This document shows positions 23,412-37,294 of a stretch of DNA of 64,000 nt, piece after piece (position 1 is the stretch's first letter; each line of letters opens with the position of its first letter). The translations under genes were made by a program, and so were the position numbers. The stretch comes from Mobula hypostoma (lineage: Eukaryota). The stretch is taken from positions 94,800,001 to 94,864,000 of the forward strand of contig NC_086108.1 in assembly GCF_963921235.1 (NCBI RefSeq). The letters are read 5' to 3'. Under the pieces are notes generated by a model that searched no databases, was not told where the DNA came from, and worked only from the letters and a program-made list of their open reading frames with translations.

Positions 23412-24597
23412 AATCTTCCGCAATCACTAACCCTGAAAGTATATTCCACATACCCTTTACTCAATTTAAACTTACTACATTTAATCTTGTAATTATGGCC
23501 AGACATTCCTGACCGCTCAAGTGCCAGAATAATCTGCTTCACACCACCTTCCTTCATCATTTAATTATTTCAAGCTAGTAACAGTGCAAAAGTAGTTCCA
23601 TAATTTGTAGTTACACTAAAAAATGCCTAATTTTTCCAAATTATCTCCACCTTATTTCCACATATCAGCTAACTGTGAATCTGTTATGGCCCTGTAACAC
23701 CTTAACAGCACTAACATCTGAGTGCAGTAATAAAACTACAATGGGAGATTCTTCTCATTACACTGATTAAAAACATGGAATCAACTTCAAATCCTATCTA
23801 TCTACACTCAGTGAGCCTCTCTGAGCATAATTTCAACAAAGCAAAGCTGCCTTGCAACCTATACAGCAAATGAACAAAAATATAACTGACACAAGATACC
23901 AGTCTCAAAAGCACTATATAATAATATGGTTAATGCATTCATTGTAGAATAATATTAAAGCGGTAACTAGTGGTGCCTCAGAGCAAGATGAAAGTTTTCT
24001 GATCATTTCTCTTACATCCATAAGACACAAAGGGACAAAGAAAATTTTCCCAGTCAGATGGGAACTAACACATGCTGCCACAAAGTGTAAGGTAAGCGAT
24101 CAGTTATAAAAATGCACAGCATTCTAAATTTCACTGTACCGGTTAATGGGTTAATTGGTCATTGTAAACTGTCCATGATTAAGCAAGGGTTAAATCGGGG
24201 GCTACTGGGCGGCACGGCTCAAAGGTCTGGCAGGACCTATTCTGTGCTGTGCTTTTAAATACATAAACAAACAGGCTGTAAATGCTGGTGTAGGGAGGGG
24301 TCCTGGTCTTCTGCCTCTTGAAATATAGAAAGTAATAGCATTTTGACAAAGCAAATAGTATATTAATTATCTCAGGCAGCTTCAGGAAGAAAATGGGCAG
24401 TTGATGTTTTTTTACGTAGTCTGATTTCTCTCAACTGATGGTTCCTGGCTTGCTGAGTTCCTCCAGCAGTTTGCTTTGTTTTGCTCCAAATTCCAATATC
24501 TGTAATCTCAAAATTGGCCTACACTCAATGAAATTGAGGTAAGTACAAAGTGATCTTATTGAGACATACTAGATTCTGGGAAATTTGCACTTACTTA

Positions 24598-25530
24598 TCA
24601 GAATCAGATTTAATATCTCATATCATGAAATTTGTTAACTTTATGGCAGCAGTACATAATAAATATAGAGAAAAAACTGAGTTACATTAAGTATGTGTAT
24701 GTCTATTAAATAGTTAAGTTCAAATAATTAGTGCAAGATAACAGAAAAAAAAATATAGTGAGGTAGTGTTCATGGGTTCTATGTTCATTTAGAAATCAGA
24801 CGGCAGAGGGATAGAAGCTATTCCTGAATCGCTAAGTATGTGCCTTCAGGCTTCTGTACTCTTTTCCTACTTTAGCAGTGTGAAGAGGGCATGTCCTGGG
24901 TGGTGGGGATCCTTAATGATGGACGCCGCCTTCATAAGGCACTGCTCCTTGAAGCTGTCTTGGATATTGCGGAGGCTGGAACCCATGATAGAGCTGACTA
25001 ATTTTATAAGTTTTTGCAATTTATTTTAATCTAGTGCAGTAGCCTCTCCCATCCGCCCCACCCTCTCCCCATACCAGATGGTGATGCAACTAGTCAGAAT
25101 GCTCTCCATGGTACATTTGTAGAAGTTTGAGTGTTTTAGTTGACGAACCAAATCTCCTTAAACTCCTAATGAAATATAGCTGCTGTGTTGCCTTCTTTAC
25201 AGCTGCATCAATAAGTTGCGTCCAGGTGAGGCCTTCATAGATATTGACACCCAGGAACTCGAAATTGCTCACGATCTCCACTTCTGATCTTCCACAAGGA
25301 TTGGTTCATACTTCCTTGTAGACTTCAGAAAGGGTAAGACAATCAGCTCTTTGGTCTTGCTAACGTTGAGTACAAAGTTGTTGCTCTGACACCACTCAAC
25401 TAACTGGTATACTTCACTCTTGTACACCCTTTCATCATCATCTGAAGTTCTGCCAACAATTGTTGTATCATCAGCAAATTTATAGATGCTGTTTGAGCTA
25501 TGCCTAGCCAGTCATGGGTGTAGAGAGTAC
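24598..25530 (-). mobile_element. Rex1/Babar LINE 3' fragment
   Basis: FEFLGVNIYEGLTWTQ...KATQQLYFIRSLRRFG; atcagaatcag tail; reverse-similar to 27950-28905. Confidence 0.85.
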
Positions 25531-26139
25531 AGTAGTAGTAGACTATGCGGTAAGAAAATTCAGGCAGTTTCTAGAGTAGGTAACATGGTCGGCACAACTG
25601 TGGATCGAAGGGCCTGTAACGTGCTGTAGCTTTCTACGTTTCTAAATTAGCCCTGCTTCAGTCTAGGACCTAAACTGGTCCTGCTCCAGTTCAGGACCCT
25701 AATAGATTCTTCTTTTTTTTTGCCTGTTTATTCTGTCCAGTAAATCTCCAGTTTCGTCAAAAATATCAGGACATTGTTGCTTTCAACTGCTAATAAGACT
25801 AGATTCCAGCATCTGAATCTCACCTGTAGAAAGCCTGCATACTATTATTCTCCAATCCCCTTGAAATAACAGCCAACATTGCACAAGTTGTCCTAACTAT
25901 CTGCTGCATCTGCTAGTTTTTGGTTTTTCATGTGCAAGTAACCCAAACCATTTCTGCTGCAGCTCTCTACCATTCTTCTCCTTCATTTTTCATGATCATT
26001 AAACACTCTATTCCTATTTCTGTTTTCTTATGCTCTTCAATCCCTAGCATATCCTCATGCTTTGGTTTCTCATTTTGTTTTGTAATATAAGGTAGCTTTG
26101 GTGCATCTCACTTTCCTTTCAACTAAGGATTATAAGTGC

Positions 26140-28906
26140 GTTTAAGGAAATGGGGTTTTAAACTCCCTGTACCAATGATCTCGCTGGCGAACATGCGGCC
26201 TCTGGTGAAAAAAAAATCGATGATCTCAGAGCCAGGGTGCTGAATCGGAGGGACTTTAGGACCACGAGTCCTTTGTTTCACGGAATCTTGATTAACCCCT
26301 TCCGTACCGGAAGCAGCGATTCAGATCAACAGCTTTACCATACACCATCAGGATAGATCTATAGAGTCTCTCAAAAGCAGAGGTGGAGGAGTATGCCTCA
26401 TGATCAACTCTTCTTGGTGCACAAATATATCAGTGCTGTACCAATTCTGTTCACCAGACCTGGAATATCTAGCAGTAAAGTGTCATCCTTTTTACCTACC
26501 ACGGGAGTTCTCTGAGGTCATTCTGGTAGCAGTTTACATTTGACCTCAGGCCAATGTCAAGCAGGCTTTAGATGATCTAAGCAATGGGATCAACATGCAC
26601 GAAACAGCACACCCTAACACCTTCACCATCGTTTTGGGAGATATTAACAAGGCCAGTCTGGAAAAAAAAAATCACTAAGCAATTACCATCAACAGATCAC
26701 TTGCAATACCAGAGGAAACAACACACTGGACCATTGTTACACCATCATCAAGAATGCCTACCGTGCTATTCCATGCCCTCACTTCAGGAAGTCTGATCAC
26801 CTGGTAGTACTTCTACTCCCTGACTATAGGCAGAGACTGAAGATTGCAACCCCAGTAGTGAGGACCAAGAAAGTTTGGACAAGGGAAGCACAGGAGTGCC
26901 TACAGGACTGCTTTGAATCGGTGGACAGGACTGTATTCAAGGATGCATCTTTGAATCTGGATGAGTATGCTGCAGTTGTTACCAACTTAATTAAAATCTG
27001 TGTGGATGAGTGTGTGCCTACAAAGACTTACTGTACATTCTTAAACCAAAAGCCGTGAATGAACCAGGAGGTAGGTCATCTGCTGAAGGCTAGATCTATG
27101 GCATTCAAGTCCGGCAACCAGAAAACCAGGTATGATTTGTGGAGGGCTATTTCAAGAGTGAAGAGACAACTTCGAACGAGGTTGGAGGCGATATCAGATG
27201 CACAGCAACTCTGGCAGGGACTGCAAGACATTACTTCCTACAAAGCGAAACCCAATAGTATGAACAGCAGTGATACTTCTCTGCCAGATGAACTCAGCGC
27301 CTTTTATGCCTACTTTGAAAGGGAGAACAAAACTACAGCTGTGAAGATCCCTGCTGCACCTGATGACCCTGTGAGTTCTGTCTCAGAGGCCGATGTTAGG
27401 CCATCTTTAAAGAGAGTGAACCCAATGGAGTACCTGGTAAGGCTCTGAAAACCTGTGCCAACCAACTAGCGGGCGTACTCAAGGACATTTTCAACCTCTC
27501 AGTGCTACAGACAGAAGTTCCCACTTGCTTCAAAAAGGCAACAATTATACCAGTGCCAAAGAAGAATAATGTGGGCTGCATTAATGACTATCGCACGGTA
27601 GTACTCACATTGACAGTGATGAAATGCTTTGAGAGGTTGTTTATGACTAGACTAAACTCCTGCCTCAGCAAGGACCTGGACTCATTCCAATTTGCCTATC
27701 GCCACAATAGGTCAACAGCAGACACACAGACACCTGAGTCAGGATGCTGTTCATCAACTACAGCTCAGCGTTTAATACCATCATTCCCACAATCCTGACT
27801 GAGAAGTTGCAGAACCTGGGCCTCTGTACCTCCCTCTGCAATTGGATCCTCCACTTGAAGACCAGTCTGTGTGGATTGGTGATAACATATCCTCCCTGTT
27901 GACGATCAACGCTGGTGCACCTCAGGGGTGTGCGCTTAGCCCACTGATCTATTGTCTATATACACATGACTATGTGACTAGGCATAGCTCAAATACCATC
28001 TATAAATTTGCTGACGATACAAACATTGTTGGTAGAATCTCAGGTAGTGATGAGAGGGGGCAAGGAGTGAGATATGCCAACTAGTGGAATTGTGCCGCAG
28101 CAACACCCTGGCACTCAACGTCAGTAAGACAAAGGAGCTGATTGTGGACTTCAGGAAGGGTAAGACGAAGGAAAACATACCAATCCTCATAGAGGGATCA
28201 GAAGTGGAGAGAATGAGCAGCTTCAAGTTCCTGGGTAGCAAGATCTCCGAGGATCTAACCTGGTCCCAACATGTCGATGTAGTTATAAAGAAGGCAAGAC
28301 AGCAGCTGTACTTTATTTGGAGTTTGAAGAGATTTGGCATGTCAAGAAATACACTCAAAAACTTCTATAGTTGTACCATGAAGAGCATTCTGACAGGCTG
28401 CATCACTGTCTGGTATGGAGGGGCTACTGCACAGGACCGAAAGAAGCTGCAGAAGGTTGTAAATCTAGTCAGCTCCATCTTGGGCACTAGCCTACAAAGT
28501 ATCCTGGACATCTTTAGGGAGCAGTGTCTCAGAAAGGCAGCGTCCATTATTAAGGACCTCCAGCACCCAGGGTCTGCCCTTTTTTCATTGTTACCATCAG
28601 GTAGGAGATACAGAAGCCTGAAGGCACACACTCAGCGATTCAGGAACTGCTTCTTCCCCTCTGCCATCCAATTCCTAAATGAACATTGAAGCTTTGGACA
28701 CTACCTCACTTTTTTTAATGTACAGTATTTCTGTTTTTGCACATTTTTAAAAAATCTATTCAATATACATAATTGATTTACTTGTTTATGTTTTATTTTA
28801 TTTATTATTTTTTTCTCTTTCTGCTAGATTATGTATTGCATCGAACTGCTGCTGCTAAGTTAACAAATTTCACATCACTTGCCGGTGATAATAAACCTGA
28901 TTCTGA
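26140..28906 (+). mobile_element. Rex1/Babar LINE, near full-length disrupted ORF
   Basis: VPTCFKKATIIPVPKK, MKCFERL, GAPQGCALSP, YKFADDT, LNVSKTKELIVDFRK, KARQQLYF; ataaacctgattctga end. Confidence 0.92.
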
Positions 28907-29239
28907 AGTGTCTGTCAATGAAAAAAACAACCCGTTTATTCTTATAGGTTTCAGTCGTTTAACCAATGACCCAATTACATCATTCCACCTTACCTCAACT
29001 TGGGGATCCCTTATCTCATGCACCTGTTAGATGCTACTGTACAAATACTATTGAGAAACCTAAAATAAACATCCACTGTTTTATACCATCAGGAATTAAT
29101 TTTGCTTCAGAAAAATCACACTGCCATTTTGCTGAAAGCTGATGACATACTATGTTTACAGTGCTTTTATGTGTTTTATTACAATCCTGTGATTAATTTC
29201 TTAGCTTTGCTTTTATTTTCCTAGCCAGATAAAACTTAC

Positions 29240-29391
29240 CATTCCTTTTTCTGCTTGAGGATAGATCTGGGTTCATTCTATCCAATGAATCTCCACTTAT
29301 GTCAAAAACATATTGCTGCTTTGAGACTTGGCTGTTGGTCAGACTAGACTCCAGCCTCTGAATTTCGCCATCTTTCATTCCTAATTTCAAG
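29240..29391 (-). CDS. ccdc18: CCDC18-like exon 10 (LKLGMKDGEIQRLESSLTNSQVSK...SRKRN)
   Basis: ctcctttag / gtaag, 152 nt, phase 2 to 1; similar to IKLAIKEAEIQKLHANLTANQ. Confidence 0.87.
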
Positions 29392-29499
29392 CTAAAGGAG
29401 AACAACTTCTGTCAAAAATGCCATAAAGCAAATACATGGTGTCAAACAAACAACCTTCTGAACACATTTTTACTTCACCATACTGAACTAAGGCATTTA

Positions 29500-31208
29500 C
29501 TCAAACTTGCTAAGGGAAAATAGGAAATGCTGTATCACAAGGATCAGTATTAAGACCACTGCTACCAGCATACTCATAAATGATTTGGATTCGAGAATCA
29601 GAAATATGAAAATAAAATTTCCACTAAATTGGGGAAATAGATTTTACTGAGTAAAAAATTATAAAATAGCACCAAACTTGAAGAATGAGTATATAAATGG
29701 TGCATGAATTTCAACATAAGCATCTGCGAATTAATGCCCTAGGTAGACAGAATAAAAAGCCAAGCGTTCTTTCAAAAGTAAGAGTAAATGTAGTAGGGAA
29801 ACAAGGAGTCTGAAGTTTCAAAAGCAGAAAGTGTAGCTGTATACATAAAGTTAAGACGTTCCCTTCTTGAGGATGAAAAGCATATTATGTTAAACCGATA
29901 AAATTTTGGTTAGGTCAAACTTACGAGCATAATGCATAATACTGCAGGTGATATTATGATGGAAGGGAGTAATGACCTGTGGATAAACAAGAGCTGGTCA
30001 TTGGCTTCAGAAAGGGGGGCAGTGCACAAGCTCCTGTCTAAATCAATGGTACTAAGGTTGAGAGGGTGGGGATGGTCTAACATTGAACATTGTCAATCAG
30101 CTCACTAACTTTTCAGAATTTTTTTTTGTCATAATTAGATACACTATGGAATATTTTCAACTTAACTGAATGAGTGCAGCTTCAACCACACTGTCAAGGC
30201 TGAACACAAACAACAACAAAGCAGCCTACATGACTGTCATCCCAGCAGCCAACTGTGCCATTCACTTCCTCCATCACTGGCACACCAAGTCTGCACTGTG
30301 AATCATCTCTAAGATCCACTGCAGCAATTCAACCACACTTCATCAATAGCACTTCCCAAAAGTGGTAACTTTTATATCTAAAGATGAAGAAGTTAAACAG
30401 CACTGGGGAACATCAGGACCTTCAAGTTTTCTTCAAGGCCATAAACTATATTTGACCATATATTACCCATGATTCTAAACTTGTTCCAACATCACAGAAG
30501 TAGATTGATCAGGCAAAATGCAAAGCTTTAAAAGCAATTCATGTGGACTGCCAGATTTGAGGGATAAATACTAGCCTTGAGAGCTGTGCCTGGATCATGG
30601 GAGTGAAAAATAATTGTTTTAATTTTCTGTCACAAATATAATCCCTAACATTTTCTTTGTTGCAAACTCTGATATATTCCACTTGGTAATGTGGATCATG
30701 GCATTCAGCCCTTTTATATGCTTATAACAGTCTTGCTGCCATTTCCAGGAGGGGTTCGTTCAGATACTCTTCTCCAACATTCACTGAAGTTGAGTACTCT
30801 GGACACTAGATGGAGCAATAGTGCAAAATATTTTTTTCAGATGTCTGTGATTCCTTCAGTTCAAAGCAAATTTATATCAAAGTACATATATGTTACCACA
30901 TACAACCCTGAGTTTCATTTTCTTGCAGACATACTCAATAAATCCAATAACCACAACAGAATCAATGAAAGACCACACTTACTAGGCAGACAACCAATGA
31001 GCAAAAGACTGTGCAAACAGACATAGAGCCTGAGACAGAGACCCAGAGAGAGAGAGAGACAGAGATACAGAGACTGAGAGACCCAGAAAGAGTCAGAGAC
31101 ACAGAGACAGAGACCAAGAGACACAGACAGAGAGACAGAGACCAAAGAGACCGGGAGACACAGACAGAGAGTAAAAGACCAAGAGACCCAGAGACACAGA
31201 GACCGAGG

Positions 31209-31298
<90 letters not shown>

Positions 31299-32730
31299 GA
31301 GAACGACACCAAGAGAGAACTCAGATAAGACATACTGTTAATTCACATCATCACATGTGATTGTAGTTCCAGTGGCCTACAATCTTTACTGGCTTCAGCC
31401 TCTTTGAATTTAATTATTAAGTTGCTACATTGTAATTTAAAGCCAGACCTTTTACAAAGTTTGTATATTATTAATCAGAAAATTCAGCTATGGAACCATA
31501 ACCCATGCGGAGCCTACTAAGGAGGGATTCAATTATAGTGTCACTTTGTGCAGCATCCTTACTGGCTTTGTCACTTACACACAGTCAGATATTTTTAAAT
31601 AAATTGTCCTAAAAGTTTCAAGCAGAGGCAGCATTTTGGATAGATCCGGAGTGGAAGACTTACATTTACTGAAAAAAAATCCAGTGGATACCTTGTGCAG
31701 AATTGTTTGATGTAACTAACAAGGTTACAAAAAGAAAACTGCTCCAGTGAGTAGCTCCTTGATTTTAATCTGAATGAACTCAATACTTTTAATTGGTCAA
31801 TTTCTCCACTGCTGCTTACTGGTTCAACAGAGAATGAAAGTTTTCTTGTTACCAAAAACATTTGGCTAACATATAAAGTTATTAATAGAGATTATACCAT
31901 ACACACATTGGCTATGGAACATAAATTCATATACATGTTGAAGATACAAGTTGAAGAACAGTAACTAGTATTGAAGACGTGAACTCTAGTACCAGATGCC
32001 ATGCTATCCTAATATACGTAGTCAAAGTACTGGAATCTGCCTAAACATATGGAAAATTACCAAGGGAAGTCCTATTTACAAAAAGCAGGACAAATTCAGT
32101 TTGCTTACTATCACTCTCCATCATCAGCAGCATGATGGAAGGTATCATGAGCAGTGCGACCAAGTGGCTCCACTGAATCAGCCACATGAATACTGTGACT
32201 ACAAGTTGCAGCCTGGGTATCCTGGAAATCACCTCCTGGCACACCAGAGCCTTAGTACTATCTATAAGGCACATCACAGTATAATGGAATACTTACCACT
32301 CTCTTGCCTGAGCGCACCTCCAAGAACTCTCTTCCTTGACTCCATCTAAGGCACAGCAGCCCACTTCACTGAGACTACCTGAACCACATTAAACATCAAT
32401 ATCCTTCACAGCAACTGCAGCATGTACCATCTATAAAACGCACTGCAGTTATTCATCCTGACGATTCCAACAGCACTTCTCAGATGTGTAGCTAGTACCA
32501 CCAAGACACAGAAGGGTAGCATAAGAAGAACACCACCACCTTGCAAGTTCCCCTTCGAGTCACACACCTTGATTTGGAAATATGGACCACATCTTCATTG
32601 CTACATGTTCTACATCATTGCACTTCCTACCCAGAGTACCTCCACAAGAGGGGTTGCAGCAGTTCAAGTAGGCAGCTCACTAACATCTTCCTAATGGCAC
32701 TTAGTGATGGACAATGAATGCTGGCCTTAT
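29500..32730 (+). mobile_element. Scattered, highly decayed older LINE (CR1-like) remnants
   Basis: Eroded motifs such as tcacaaggatcagtattaagacca (29536) and ctatttacaaaaagcaggacaaattc (32072). Confidence 0.4.
31020..31310. repeat. Compound microsatellite: degenerate (GAGACA)n, then (GA)n and (CA)n
   Basis: Read directly from the sequence. Confidence 0.95.
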
Positions 32731-32780
32731 CAATGGTGCTTATACCCCAGAAATAACAAACAAAAACAAAACTAGGTATA

Positions 32781-34405
32781 CAGTGGCATGCAAAAGTTTA
32801 GGTACCCCTGGTCAAAATTTCTGTTACTGTGAATAGTTAAGTGAGTAGAAGATGAACTGATCTCCAAAAGTCATAAAGTTAAAGATGAAACATTCTTTTC
32901 AACATTTTAAGAAAGATTAGTGTATTATTTTTGTTTTGTACAATTTCAGAGTGGAAAAAAAGGAAAGGAGCACCGTGCAAAAGTTTGGGCACCCCAGGAG
33001 ATTTGAGCTCTCAGATAACTTTTACCAAGGTCTCAGACCTTAATTAGCTTGTTAGGGCTATGGCTTGTTCACAATCATCATTAGGAAAGGCCAGGTTATG
33101 CAAATTTCAAAGCTTTATAAATACCCTGACTCCTCAAACCTTGTTCCAACAATCAGCGGCCATGGGCTCCTCTAAGCAGCTGCCTAGCACTCTGAAAATT
33201 AAAATAATTGATGCCCACAAAACAGGATGAGACCATAAGAAGATAGCAAAGTGTTTTCAGGTAGCCGTTTCTTCAGTTCGTAATGTAATTAAGAAATGGC
33301 AGTTAACAGGAACGATGGAGGTCAAGTTGAAGTCCGGAAGACCAAGAAAACTTCCTGAGAGAACTGCTCGTACGATTGCCAGAAAGGCAAATCAGAACCC
33401 CCGTCTGACTGCAAAAGACCTTCAGGAAGATTTGGCAGACTCTGGAGTGGTGGTGCACTACTCTACTGTGCAGCGACACCTGCACAAATATGACCTTCAT
33501 GGAAGAGTCATCAGAAGAAAACCTTTCCTGCGTCCTCACCACAAAATTCAGCGTCAGAAGATTGCAAAGGGACATCTAAACAAGCCTGATGCATTTTGGT
33601 TTGGAAACAAGTCTTGTAGACTGATTAAGTTAACATAAAACTTTTTGGCCGCAATGAGCAAAGGAATGTTTGGAGAAAAAAGGGTGCAGAATTTCAGGAA
33701 AGAACACCTCTCCAACTGTTAAGCACAGGGGTAGATCGATCATGCTTTGGGCTTGTGTTGCAGCCAGTGGCACGGGGAATATTTCACTGGTAGAGGGAAG
33801 AATGAATTTAATTAAATACCAGCAAATTCTGGAAGCAAACATCACACCATCTGTAAAAAAGCTGAAGATGAAAAGAGGATGGCTTCTACAACAGGATAAT
33901 GATCCTAAACACATCTTAAAATCCACAATGGACTACCTCAAGAGGCGCAAGCTGAAGGTTTTGCCATGGCCCTCGCAGTCCCCTGACCTAAACATCATCG
34001 AGAGTCTGTGGATAGACCTCAAAAGACCAGTGCTGCAAGACGGCCCAAGAATCTCACAGAACTAGAAGCCTTTTGCAAGAAAGAATGGGCGAAGATCCCC
34101 CAAACAAGAATTGAAAGACGCTTAGCTGGCTACAGAAAGTGTTTACAAGCTGTGATACTTGCCAAAGGGGGCGTTACTAAGCACTGACCATGCAGGGTGC
34201 CCAAACTTTTGCTTCGGGCCCTTTTCCTTTTTTGTTATTTTGAAACTGTAAAAGATGGAAATAAAAAAGTAACCTTGCTTAAAACATTAAAGAAAAGTGT
34301 CATCTTTAACTTTATGTTTTGGAAATCAGGTCATCTTTTACTCGCTTAGCTATTCACAGTAACAGAAATTTTGACCAGGGGTACCCAAACTTTTGCATAC
34401 CACTG
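32781..34405 (+). mobile_element. Full-length Tc1 transposon (1625 bp) with inactivated transposase
   Basis: TA-flanked CAGTGGCATGCAAAAGTTT.../...AAACTTTTGCATACCACTG with about 200-bp IR/DR-type TIRs; ATG at 33162; SGRPRK, QQDNDPKH, WPSQSPDLNIIE; premature stop and frameshifts. Confidence 0.95.
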
Positions 34406-34488
34406 TACATTCATTTTTAAAGGTTGATCAGAATTATCATGTCTATTAAAATAATACATTACAATGATCAATGTAGTTTAAAAAATAC

Positions 34489-34616
34489 CTTGGGTCTGCA
34501 GAAAGTGAATTACTGAAAGCAGCACTTGATTTGCAATCTTTCCTTTCATTTTCCTTTCTCATATTAAAGACATCACTGCAGTTTATTATCCCTGCACTGA
34601 ATACACCACTTTCACT
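34489..34616 (-). CDS. ccdc18: CCDC18-like exon 9 (SESGVFSAGIINCSDVFNMRKENERKDCKSSAAFSNSLSADP)
   Basis: ctgtttcag / gtatt, 128 nt, open; phase 0 to 2 bridges exons 8 and 10. Sequence similarity is weak. Confidence 0.7.
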
Positions 34617-34892
34617 CTGAAACAGAAGGAATCAGAATTGAAGGACTGCATGATTAAATTAAAATTCTGAATTAATAAACAATATGTTTTGAGCAGCAGG
34701 TCATTACAGACTGGAGCTTCATTCCCTGCAATATTAATTCATTTCTTAGAATACAATTTAATCAGCATCTGGCTCTCTATACTAAAAACAACATGTATAA
34801 TTTTGGACCTCAAAGTAATACCTGCTCCTTTGGTAACATTCTATTATTTGTTGGTCTTGGATATGATAGCTGTATGAATTGTAATTCATTAA

Positions 34893-36246
34893 ATTTTTTT
34901 TAATTTCAAAATATACTTTATTCAAAAATAAATATATACAATAAACCATTCAATAACTTTTCATCCTTTACATACGTTTCCATTATACTCAGTACATATC
35001 CGTATTTATAGCCACCCACGTGGCACTCCAGTAGTTCTGCTTACCATATCATTGTTGAGGGGTATACTCCCCGCCCACCGACCCCTCCCACTCCCACGGG
35101 TGGAGAAACCTATACTGTGGTCCTTCCCCACCGGGCCCTAGCGGTGGCTGCACCGAGTTTCAGTGCGTCCCTCAGCACGTACTCCTGCAACCGGGAATGT
35201 GCCAGTCGGCAGCATTCTCCCTCGGACATCTCCATGTGCTGGTAGATCATCAAGTTTCGGGCCGACTAAAGAGCGTCTTTCACCGAGTTGATGATCTGCC
35301 AGCAGCACCGGATGTTGGTCTCCGTGTGCGTCCCCGGGAACAGCCCGTAGATCAGAGAGTCCTCTGTTACGCAGCTGCTGGGGATAAAACGTGACACTAG
35401 CCCGTCCATCCTCCTTCACACCCTCTTTGCGAACTGGCAGTGTGCAAAGAGGTGGGTCACAGACTCCTCCTCACTGCAGTCCTCCCGTGGGCAGTGGGGT
35501 GCGGAGACGACGTTCCGGGCGTACAGGAGGGCTCTGACTGGGAGGGCCCCTCTCACCGCCAGCCAGGCGAGGTCTTGGTGCCTGTTGGTGAGATCTGGCG
35601 ATGAGGCATTTTGCCAGATGAACTGGACAGTCTGCTCAGGGAACCACCCCACTGTGTCCATCACGTCCTTCTCCTGCAGTGCCTGCAGGACACTACGTGC
35701 CGACCACTGCCTGATGGCCCTGTGGTCAAAGGCGTTCTCCTGGAAGAACTTTGCTACGTAGGACAGGTATGCTGGCAACGACCAGCTGACTGGGGCGTTG
35801 CGCGGGAGTGGGGCCAGACCCATCCTTCGTAGCCAGGACGATAGGTAGAACCTGGGCACATAGTGGTTCTTGGTGCCCACATACCTGGGCTCTACACACA
35901 ACCTGATGCAGCCACATACGAAGCTGGCCATCAGGGTGAGGGCGACATTGGGGACGTTCTTGCCCCCGTTGTCCAGGGACTTGTGCATGACGGTCCGTCT
36001 CACCCGCTCCATCTTGGATTCCCAGACGAATCTGAAGACAGCCCGGGTGATTTCCGAGCTGTAGGAGCGGGGGACGGGCCAGAACTGCGCCAAGTACAGC
36101 AGCCCTGAGAGCACCTCACACCTGATGACCAGGTTCTTGCCCGTTATCGACAGGGAGCGCCCTCCCCACAGTCCCAGTTTCTGTTTCACCTTGGCAGTCC
36201 GCTCCTGCCAGTTCTTGTTGCACGCCTCAGCCCCTCCGAACCAGAG
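34893..36246 (-). mobile_element. Tx1-like L1-clade LINE, 5'-truncated, GC-rich
   Basis: WGGRSLSITGKNLVIRCEVL, GGKNVPN, CPREDCSEEESVTHLFAHC zinc-finger-like C-terminus; A-rich tail. Confidence 0.85.
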
Positions 36247-36987
36247 CACATTTGAAAATAAAACAATGAGGCTTAAATTGAAAATACTTGAAAATCGGCA
36301 AATGGATGATTACAACCAATGAGCATTTAGGTAGTAGCAAGTACCTTACAATAAGAAAGATTATTTAACTGACAAGATTTAAAACACTTTTGTCTGCTAA
36401 AGATGATGTGAAAGACAAACAAGCATATTCGGTGTGAAGGAGCAGAGGAGTTGAATGAGAAATGCAAAGGTGGGGAGCTCATAAACAGAAACTGACAGGT
36501 GTCAGTTTTGCTGGAAAATCTATGTTAATACTAGATGACACTTGTATAAATTATCACATGATCAGCATAGAGCTTTTCATTGTGATGGGAAAAGCCTCAG
36601 TCAAACATGCAATATCAAAAATGATATATCTAACAATGGTGCATTCTGTTTACAATGTACTGAATTACAGCTGAGCTTATACATTCCAGGCCTCTGAAGA
36701 GGGGTTTAAACTGAGGACCTTCTGAGTCATGGGCAAGAATTCTACTACTAAAATAAGTCAAAAACACCTCTTGATAATCAAATAATTTTGTACAAATGGT
36801 AACCTTAGTCCCAGGTCTTGAAAAGGAAGAAACCAATTAATATAATGTGGACTGTAAATTAAATCTTTTGAGGTATCAGTGTTATTTATGTCTTGAAAGG
36901 ATTTGAATCTACTTGGGAACAAAAAGAAATAGATGCCACAATGTTTAAAAAAAATCATTGATTCCTTCAACATTTACTCTAGTTTAC

Positions 36988-37294
36988 CTCTTTATTTCCT
37001 GTCCGATGCAGTTGCAGAAGTGACTCCAAGTTCTTCATCTCCAATTTAGTGCTCTCAAGCTCTTTACTGAACTGAAGCATCTTTTCATTTTGGGAAGCTG
37101 CAAGTAATCTTAGTTCTGCATTCTCCAGCCTCAGGCCTTCCCGATCTTTCAAAATTATCTCTTTATTAGCCAGTTCATTTTCCAACATTTGAATCTTTTC
37201 CTTCGCATCAGATAACTCTGAAGACAACTCTGAATCTTTAGCCTCCATGTCCCTTGGAATCACCTTCAGATCGCAGTTCTGTTCCTGTAAAAGC
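36988..37294 (-). CDS. ccdc18: CCDC18-like exon 8 (LLQEQNCDLKVIPRDMEAKDSELSSEL...LQLHRTGNKE)
   Basis: acatag / gtaaac, 307 nt, phase 2 to 0; similar to LESELENKDEILRDK...ENRELKVRVAAQNER. Confidence 0.9.

Noticed and set aside
30915..31333. ORFs of 105-124 aa (VCVC/SLSL/ERER)
   Set aside because: They are translations of microsatellite.
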